DNA of 64,000 bases from Eubacteriales bacterium. Lineage in GTDB: Bacteria; Bacillota; Clostridia; Oscillospirales; CAG-272. Positions 56,092 through 64,000 of the stretch are shown one piece after another (the stretch's first letter is position 1; each line of letters starts with the position of its first letter). The stretch is taken from positions 4,543 through 68,542 of the forward strand of contig JAZOWN010000055.1 of assembly GCA_045659245.1 (NCBI GenBank). The letters are read 5' to 3'. Under the pieces are notes generated by a model. It searched no databases. It saw only the letters and a list, made by a program, of their open reading frames with translations, and was not told the origin of the DNA. A program made the position numbers and the translations under genes.

Positions 56092-56197
56092 CACGCACTC
56101 CTGAAATTTATACTTAACTATATGCAACTTTCTGCATTGATATATAAAAATGACCCCAAAAAAGTACTTTTTGACGAATAAAATCTTTATAAAACAG

Positions 56198-56226
56198 TTG
56201 ACAAAAGTCGAATAATTTGATATAAT
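56198..56226 (+). promoter_or_regulatory. consensus sigma-A promoter for guaB
   Basis: TTGACA (56198..56203), 17 nt, TATAAT (56221..56226). Confidence 0.6.
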
Positions 56227-56245
56227 ATTTCCTAATAAATTATGA

Positions 56246-57745
<1,500 letters not shown>

Positions 57746-57761
57746 TTTTAACAGTAAATAT

Positions 57762-57799
57762 AAAAGCACTGCAAATTTTTCCGGTTTGCAGTGCTTTTT
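57762..57799 (+). terminator. intrinsic terminator after guaB
   Basis: 14-bp stem AAAAGCACTGCAAA / TTTGCAGTGCTTTT with a T-run. Confidence 0.8.
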
Positions 57800-57896
57800 C
57801 TTGCTTTTTAACCTTAAAAAAACAAAAAAGGTATATACAAAAATCTTTTTCTGTGATATAATGTATTATGTATATATTTTTTTATTCGGAGTTTTT

Positions 57897-58721
57897 ATGG
57901 AAAACAAAAAATTTAAGGGTAATAAAAATGAACGCGGAAGATTTAACGACCGCCGCAACGGTAAAAATTTTCAGGACGAAACTGTCAACGAGGGACTGGT
58001 CGTCGGTAGAAATGCGGTAAGAGAGCTTTTGAAATCAGGGCGTGATGTGGATAAGATCTTCGTTCAGCGCGGAGAGCGCGAGGGCTCTATCGTCGTTCTC
58101 GTTTCCGAAGCAATCGAGCGCCATATTCCCGTAGTCGAGGTTGAAAAAGCTAAGCTTGACAAAATGACCGCATTCGCTACACACCAAGGAATAGTTGCAA
58201 TGGCGGCAGAAAAGGAATACTGCACGGTTGACGATATTCTTGCAATCGCGGAGCAAAGAGGAGAAAGACCTTTTATCGTTATTGCCGACGGTATTACTGA
58301 TCCACATAATCTTGGTGCGCTGATAAGATGCGCCGAGGGAGTTGGGGCACATGGACTTATAATCCCCAAGCGCCGCGCCGTCGGACTTACTCCCGTTGTG
58401 ACAAAGGCGTCCTGCGGTGCTATTGAACACCTTGCAATAGCAAAGGTAACAAATCTTGCATCTACTGTTGATATACTACGCCAAAAAGGAATTTGGGTAT
58501 TTGCGGCAGAAGCGGGCGGAGATGCTTACTACAATACCGATTTTAAATGTCCTTGTGCTATCGTTCTTGGTAGCGAGGGCGAGGGAGTATCACGCTTACT
58601 CAAGGAAAAGTCCGATTATATAACCTCTATTCCGATGTACGGACACGTTAATTCGTTTAACGTATCAACGGCAGCCGCCGTAATTCTTGCAGAGGTAGCA
58701 AAGCAACACAGACTATCCTGA
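57897..58721 (+). CDS. rlmB: 23S rRNA (guanosine-2'-O)-methyltransferase RlmB / SpoU-TrmH family
   Basis: Basic N-terminal tail, L30e-like GRNAVRELLKSG, SpoU blocks DPHNLGALIRCAEG, LGSEGEGVS, SFNVSTAAAV. ATG 57897 follows GGAG. The upstream 165 codons of track ORF 57402.. overlap guaB and its terminator. Confidence 0.8.
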   Translation: MENKKFKGNKNERGRFNDRRNGKNFQDETVNEGLVVGRNAVRELLKSGRDVDKIFVQRGEREGSIVVLVSEAIERHIPVVEVEKAKLDKMTAFATHQGIVAMAAEKEYCTVDDILAIAEQRGERPFIVIADGITDPHNLGALIRCAEGVGAHGLIIPKRRAVGLTPVVTKASCGAIEHLAIAKVTNLASTVDILRQKGIWVFAAEAGGDAYYNTDFKCPCAIVLGSEGEGVSRLLKEKSDYITSIPMYGHVNSFNVSTAAAVILAEVAKQHRLS

Positions 58722-58735
58722 TTTTTGGAGGCAAT

Positions 58736-61700
58736 ATGAGCAGAGAACAGAACATTGACGATATTTTACAGCTTCTTAAGGATTCCTATTCAGGCGAGTC
58801 CTCAGAAGAATCGGTCGTTAATATTGAGGCTTCAGATCAAAGTATATCAAACGAGGCTTTACAGGAGCAGCTAAAAAATCAATACATAAGCACGTCCGAC
58901 TCGTATGAATCTGAAAAAGCAGATAGCGCTGACGGTTATTTTATTGACGATGATTTTCTTGCAGAGGCAGTCTTGGCGGAAGCGCTTGATGCTGAGCAGC
59001 TCACCGAAGACAAAGAGGTGTTTGAGTCCGAAGACTCTCACGACTCAGTAGGCGTTATTCTTGAGGAAATTGACAGTCAGCCGACACGCGCCTTCGAATT
59101 TTTACAAAAGACGCTCAACGAAGCGACGGAAGACGAAGAAGAAATCTATGAAGATGATCTTCCCGAGGATAACGTCGATGAGCTTATAGCGGCTATGTCA
59201 CCAATACCCGAAGATGAATTTAATAATGACGAGCTGCTTGACGAGACAGTCGAAGTTGAGGCGTTTTTTGACGAGATCTTATCTGATGTTGAGAACACCT
59301 TCGATGTGAAAGAGCTTTTTGAAGAAAATGTAGGAAATGAAGTAAATGAAGAACATGAAGAAGATGTTGAGAATTTCATTTTCTCTGAGGAGTCTCTGAT
59401 CGAAGAGATCGCCTTGGAGCTCGAAACTCCGGAATTTGATGAGCAGGAGCAAATTTACGCGGATAAAAGTCTTGATGACGAAATATTCGTTGACGAAGAC
59501 GCGCCCGTTGAATTTTCAAGCGAGGACGAGGAAAGCGTAGAAGTTGCTGCTGATATTGCTCCTGTCGTGGAAGAAAAAGCAGAAAAGCATGAAACGTTCC
59601 TGGCTTCCATGAGAAAAACGGGAATTGATTTCACAACGGACGAAATATACAACTCGACCGTTGAAAAATCTCACACCAAAGAAGAACCAGTTACGGACGA
59701 ACAAGCAGATATACTGAACACCATCAACGATCAAGAAAAATTTGAAGAGGCACCCATAACAGCTGACGAGGAGCTTGACCTCTCAACAATAAACATTATG
59801 ATGCAGTTCTGCGAGAAGCAGGAGCTCGAAAAGACGATCGGTGACGAAAAGGTAGACGGATTCTTAAAGGCTGAAGATCTAACTGCAAACGAAGGGGAAG
59901 TGTTTAGGGAATTTGACGATAAAGAATACGCTGACGCTTCTCAGAACGACGAGATTCTCGCGAAATACAAGAAGAATCACAAAAGTGCGCTTCTTTCGAT
60001 GCTTGGATGCATAGCGATCGCGGCACTTGCGTTTGTATACGAGCTTCTTCCTTTGTTTGACGTAGAGCTTTCCGGAATACTCAGTTACGTTGAATATCCC
60101 GCTGTATATGCTTTACTTGGATTACAGTTCGTGGCGTTTGCGGCGGCTATATGCTACAAAAAGCTTTGGAACGGAATGAAGGGAGCGTTTTCGCTCACTC
60201 CGAACACATATTCGATAATTGCTATAATATTATGGCTTACGGCGATTTATGATACGGTAGTCGTTATAATACTCAGCGTTGCAGGCGATGCCTTGCCTTC
60301 GATGTATAACGCAACGGCAGTAATTATAACCGCACTTCTTGCATCTGCCGAGTATCTTACGGTAGTTCTTGAAATGAAGGCATTTGAGGTGTATTCCTCG
60401 GATGCAAAGAAATATACGGCTATAAAGGAAGCGCGCCGTGGCGGTATTGGCTCAAAGATGTACGACGGAGGACTTGAGGAGGATAAGGCGGTCTATTCCA
60501 TAAAGAGCGTTGATTTTCCGAACGGATTTTTCAGAAGCATAAAAGCTAAGCATTCCAAAAACAAGCTTCTTACAGTTCTTATTATACCTGTTCTCGTGAT
60601 AGGAATAATTGCCTCTGTGGTGTCCGCAATTCTCGGTTCGTCCGCATATGCATCAAGTGCCGCATTTATCGTATGCGTTTACGCAATTTTGCCCGTTGTA
60701 TTAATATTTACAGAGATATTACCTTATACAGTAGCAATGATTAAGCTTTCTAAGAGAGGAAGCGCATTTGCAGGCATAGAAGCAGTCAAGAAATATGATA
60801 ACTGTAACGTATTCGTATTTAACGATTTGCACATGTTCAAAAAGTGTAAGACCGAGGATGTTGGTATTGCAATATACGATACTTCCGTCGGATACCTGGT
60901 CCTTGGCTGTATAGACGCACTGTATTCAAAGATCGGCGGACCTCTTTCGGGAATGAAAATGAATCTTCCCGACGTATTTAAATTCCAAAACGTTTCGATC
61001 AAGCGAATTACCAAAAACGGAATAGAAGCCATTATAGACAAGAAACACACTCTTGTTGTGGGAGAGGCTGCATTCTTGCAACGCTACGGTCTTAATTTTC
61101 CGCCCAACGAAAAGGATAACGGCAGGTCAACGCTCTGCGTCTCGCTTAACGGAAAAATAAGCGCAAAGCTCAGCGTGAAATATGAAGCCGAGCCTGTGTT
61201 TGAGATGCTTGTCGAAAGACTGAATGCGGATGGTATCTCCTCTGCTATTGAGACCTACGATCCGCTTATAAACAGCTCGATGGTCGCTTCTGCAAGAACT
61301 CTTGGCGACTCGCCCATTAGTGTTGTACATAAGAAATCCGAGGACTTTAAAACAGAAAGCAGCAACCGTTACAGAAGTGAGGCGGACGGCGTCATTTCTT
61401 GTGGCTCGCGTCTTAAGCTGGCGGAACTTATCGTGTGGATAAAGAAGCTCTCGAGGCTTAACGGAATAACACAAAAAATTGCTATCGCGTTTTCTTCATT
61501 AGGAGCTGTATTGGCAGCCTTGATATTAGTGTTTGGTATTACGGAATACGTAAATCAGCTCTATATACTTTTCTATTTGCTTGCGGAAGCGATAACGATG
61601 CTTGTCCTGACCTTTGCTTTGCTGCCGACATCGAAATATTTTACGGTTGACGCACTTTACCGAGAGCTTGAGAAAAACAACACAAGGCTTTTAGAAAAGC

Positions 61701-61771
61701 AGCAGAAGGAAGCACAGCGACAGCTCAAAAAGTCCAAAAAACCAAAGAAACCGAGTGAAATTAATGAATAA
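58736..61771 (+). CDS. large membrane protein: hyper-acidic ~410-aa N-terminal region plus degenerate P-type-ATPase-like core (catalytic motifs absent)
   Basis: Continuous 1011-codon ORF with Shine-Dalgarno TGGAGG upstream. D/E-rich aa 1-410, about 8 TM segments, by-eye alignment to P1B ATPase blocks with DKTGT->NDLHM (60821..60835), TGDN->TYDP, no TGES, no GDGxND. The CDS itself is well supported. The fold assignment is tentative. Confidence 0.55.
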   Translation: MSREQNIDDILQLLKDSYSGESSEESVVNIEASDQSISNEALQEQLKNQYISTSDSYESEKADSADGYFIDDDFLAEAVLAEALDAEQLTEDKEVFESEDSHDSVGVILEEIDSQPTRAFEFLQKTLNEATEDEEEIYEDDLPEDNVDELIAAMSPIPEDEFNNDELLDETVEVEAFFDEILSDVENTFDVKELFEENVGNEVNEEHEEDVENFIFSEESLIEEIALELETPEFDEQEQIYADKSLDDEIFVDEDAPVEFSSEDEESVEVAADIAPVVEEKAEKHETFLASMRKTGIDFTTDEIYNSTVEKSHTKEEPVTDEQADILNTINDQEKFEEAPITADEELDLSTINIMMQFCEKQELEKTIGDEKVDGFLKAEDLTANEGEVFREFDDKEYADASQNDEILAKYKKNHKSALLSMLGCIAIAALAFVYELLPLFDVELSGILSYVEYPAVYALLGLQFVAFAAAICYKKLWNGMKGAFSLTPNTYSIIAIILWLTAIYDTVVVIILSVAGDALPSMYNATAVIITALLASAEYLTVVLEMKAFEVYSSDAKKYTAIKEARRGGIGSKMYDGGLEEDKAVYSIKSVDFPNGFFRSIKAKHSKNKLLTVLIIPVLVIGIIASVVSAILGSSAYASSAAFIVCVYAILPVVLIFTEILPYTVAMIKLSKRGSAFAGIEAVKKYDNCNVFVFNDLHMFKKCKTEDVGIAIYDTSVGYLVLGCIDALYSKIGGPLSGMKMNLPDVFKFQNVSIKRITKNGIEAIIDKKHTLVVGEAAFLQRYGLNFPPNEKDNGRSTLCVSLNGKISAKLSVKYEAEPVFEMLVERLNADGISSAIETYDPLINSSMVASARTLGDSPISVVHKKSEDFKTESSNRYRSEADGVISCGSRLKLAELIVWIKKLSRLNGITQKIAIAFSSLGAVLAALILVFGITEYVNQLYILFYLLAEAITMLVLTFALLPTSKYFTVDALYRELEKNNTRLLEKQQKEAQRQLKKSKKPKKPSEINE

Positions 61772-63617
61772 TCAGATCAGTACAATTTTAAAATCAGTAT
61801 CAAAGCCCGGAAGATATTCGGGCGGAGAATACGGCCAGATCATAAAAGATAAAGAAAAAGTAAAAGCGCGTTTTGCCTTTTGCTTTCCTGATACTTACGA
61901 AATAGGAATGTCCAATCTTGGCATGAGAATACTTTATGGTGTTCTCAACCAAGAGGAGGACGTTTGGTGTGAAAGAGTCTATGATCCTTGGCTTGACATG
62001 CAGGAGAAGATGGTAGAGCATGACATTCCGCTGACTGCGTGTGAGAGCGGAGATACTATCTCTGAGTTTGACATGATAGGCTTTACGCTTCAGTACGAAA
62101 TGAGCTATACGAACGTCTTGAACATGTTAAAGCTTGCTAAGCTTCCGCTCTATGCAAAGGACAGAGATGATTCAATGCCTATAATCATCGGCGGCGGACC
62201 TTGCGCGTATAATGCAGAACCGGTTGCAGACTTTTTCGATCTTTTTAACATAGGCGAGGGCGAGGAAATGCTTCCCGAGCTTTGCCGTCTTTACATAAAA
62301 ATGAAGGACGCGGGAAGATACACCAAAGCAGAGTATCTCCACGAGGCAGCTAAAACCATAAAGGGAATTTACGTACCCTCACTCTATGAGGTTACGTATA
62401 ATGATGACGGTACTGTAAAGGCGTACACCCCGAAATACGACGATATACCCACGAAAATTCAGAAGCGAATTATGACGGATATGGATAGGTCGTATTTTCC
62501 CGACAAGGTGGTTATGCCGTATATCGAAACTGTTCACGACAGAGTTATGCTTGAGGTGTTCAGAGGCTGTATACGAGGTTGCCGCTTCTGTCAGGCGGGA
62601 ATTATTTACCGTCCTGTCAGAGAAAAATCCCCCGAGGTCCTCAACGAGCAGGCGAAGTGCCTTTACGAGGCTACGGGATACGACGAAATTTCTCTTACCT
62701 CACTTTCAATAAGCGATTATACAGAGCTTCCCGAGCTTACCGATATGCTTCTTGAATGGACGAATGATAATATGGTAAGTCTATCGCTTCCGTCCTTGCG
62801 TGTAGATAGCTTCACAAAGGAGCTTATGGACAAAATTGCGTCTGTACGCTCGTCGTCGCTCACGTTTGCGCCCGAAGCGGGAACACAAAGACTGCGCGAC
62901 GTAATAAATAAAAACGTTCGCGAGGAGGACCTTATGCGCGCCGTGAACGTTGCGTTTGAGGCTGGTAAAAACACAGTAAAGCTCTACTTTATGTCAGGAC
63001 TTCCGACGGAAACTTACGACGACTTAAAGGGAATTGCCGAGCTTGCTTCTCACGTTATAGATGAGTATTACCGTTGTCCGAACAGAAACCGCGCAAAGAA
63101 GCCGCAGGTTACTATCAGTGTTTCCTGCTTTATCCCCAAGCCCTTTACGCCGTTCCAATGGGAGGCGCAGGATACTATGGAAATGCTTGCTGAAAAGCAG
63201 GAGTACCTTGGTTCGCAGATAACCGACAAAAAGATAAGATACACCCATCACGATGCAAAGGTCAGCCGTATTGAAGCGGTGCTTGCAAGAGGGGACCGAC
63301 GACTTGCTCCCGCACTTGCGCTTGCTGCTGACGAGGGCTTTAAGTTTGATGCGTGGGATGAATGCTTCGATTACGACAAGTGGATCTCCGTATTTGAAAG
63401 ATGCGGTATTGATCCGGCGTTCTACGCAAACAGAAAGTTTGGTCTTGACGAGGTTTTGCCTTGGGATATTATTGATTGCGGAGTTACCAAGGAATTTCTC
63501 CGTCGTGAGCGTGACAAGGCTTATGCAGAGAATACAACGCCCAATTGCCGCGAGCATTGCAGCGGTTGCGGAGCTAACAGACTTGGAGGTGAGCGCACGT
63601 GCTGTCCGAAGAAATAA
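61764..63617 (+). CDS. B12-binding-domain radical SAM protein (TIGR03960-like)
   Basis: N-terminal KPGRYSGGEYG, B12-like domain, radical-SAM cluster CIRGCRFCQAG, C-terminal Cys-rich CREHCSGCGAN. ATG 61764 overlaps the upstream stop by 8 nt. Confidence 0.8.
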   Translation: MNNQISTILKSVSKPGRYSGGEYGQIIKDKEKVKARFAFCFPDTYEIGMSNLGMRILYGVLNQEEDVWCERVYDPWLDMQEKMVEHDIPLTACESGDTISEFDMIGFTLQYEMSYTNVLNMLKLAKLPLYAKDRDDSMPIIIGGGPCAYNAEPVADFFDLFNIGEGEEMLPELCRLYIKMKDAGRYTKAEYLHEAAKTIKGIYVPSLYEVTYNDDGTVKAYTPKYDDIPTKIQKRIMTDMDRSYFPDKVVMPYIETVHDRVMLEVFRGCIRGCRFCQAGIIYRPVREKSPEVLNEQAKCLYEATGYDEISLTSLSISDYTELPELTDMLLEWTNDNMVSLSLPSLRVDSFTKELMDKIASVRSSSLTFAPEAGTQRLRDVINKNVREEDLMRAVNVAFEAGKNTVKLYFMSGLPTETYDDLKGIAELASHVIDEYYRCPNRNRAKKPQVTISVSCFIPKPFTPFQWEAQDTMEMLAEKQEYLGSQITDKKIRYTHHDAKVSRIEAVLARGDRRLAPALALAADEGFKFDAWDECFDYDKWISVFERCGIDPAFYANRKFGLDEVLPWDIIDCGVTKEFLRRERDKAYAENTTPNCREHCSGCGANRLGGERTCCPKK

Positions 63618-63676
63618 AAAACAGCAAGCTGCTTCTAAAAAAGCAGTTAAAGTCACTTCCTGAACTCGAAAGACCT

Positions 63677-64000
63677 TTGACTGTCAGACTGAAATTCCGA
63701 AAGACGGGAAGCCTGCAATATATCACACATTTGGATCTGCAAAGAACGTTTAATCGCGTAATATCGCGCGCGTGCCTACCCGTATGGTACACCAAGGGCT
63801 TTAATCCTCATATAAAGCTCGTATTTTCCACACCTCTTAGCATAGGCGCTCAAAGTGTATGTGAATATCTCGATATTAAAATTGATAGAGAGATGCCGTG
63901 TGAGGAAATTATGAAGCGGCTCAACGCAGAGCTTACCGACGAGCTTTATATCACGGACGCATATTTTCCAAGCCGTGATTTCTCGGAAATAGCTTGGGCG
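63677..64000 (+). CDS. radical-SAM-associated protein (DUF2344/TIGR03936-like), N-terminal part; runs off the right edge
   Basis: Own translation from TTG 63677: MTVRLKFRKTGSLQYITHLDLQRTFNRVISRACLPVWYTKGFNPHIKLVFSTPLSIGAQSVCEYLDIK..., matching the family pattern 'RxKFxKxGxxxxxSHLDLxRxxxRAxRRAxxPxxYSxGFNPxPK'. The start codon is uncertain because the frame stays open upstream. Confidence 0.7.
   Translation, partial: MTVRLKFRKTGSLQYITHLDLQRTFNRVISRACLPVWYTKGFNPHIKLVFSTPLSIGAQSVCEYLDIKIDREMPCEEIMKRLNAELTDELYITDAYFPSRDFSEIAWA

Overview
This window is mostly housekeeping chromosome from an endospore-forming, low-GC Firmicute that looks Clostridia-like. Support for that: both PolC and DnaE, sigG, dpaAB, a SpoVB-like flippase, a BofC-like protein, and near-consensus TTGACA/TATAAT promoters. 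I can support about 49 protein genes, one tRNA-Val(GAC), about a dozen intrinsic terminators and several promoters. I saw no rRNA, CRISPR array, transposase, integrase or recognisable defence genes.

Gene order, left to right:
- gpmI (partial), mrp and a BspA-type LRR protein
- dusB plus an orphan winged-helix regulator, an orphan ACP, and comEC
- dpaA-dpaB-sigG
- an SGNH esterase and an alkaline-phosphatase lipoprotein
- a Crp-family regulator in an operon with a NitT/TauT-type ABC importer
- NTP-transferase-galE-galM, convergent with uxaC
- a cysK-like gene
- nrdD (with a fused C-terminal redoxin domain) and trxB, then a PHP-domain gene and nrdG, with four NrdR boxes
- a Na/Pi symporter, an XRE-TPR regulator and two membrane proteins
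- the conserved pyrH-frr-uppS-cdsA-dxr-rseP-ispG-polC block, which here continues through an unknown 751-aa surface-anchored protein straight into dnaE
- PBP1A, a heterodimeric ABC exporter, tRNA-Val, the spoVB-like gene, guaB and rlmB
- a 1011-aa protein, then the TIGR03960/TIGR03936 radical-SAM pair

Best candidates for a second look:
1. The 1011-aa protein (58736-61771). By eye it is a P-type ATPase scaffold with all catalytic motifs lost, carrying a ~410-aa hyper-acidic N-terminus and overlapping the start of the radical-SAM gene.
2. The NrdD-redoxin fusion followed by trxB, which suggests a thiol-dependent class III RNR.
3. A perfect 14-bp hairpin that buries the sigG ribosome-binding site, downstream of the mother-cell-type dpaAB genes.
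4. The polC-unknown-dnaE arrangement.
5. A duplicated tRNA-Val 3' end about 150 bp downstream of the tRNA.

All homology calls come from reading motifs by eye. No searches were run.
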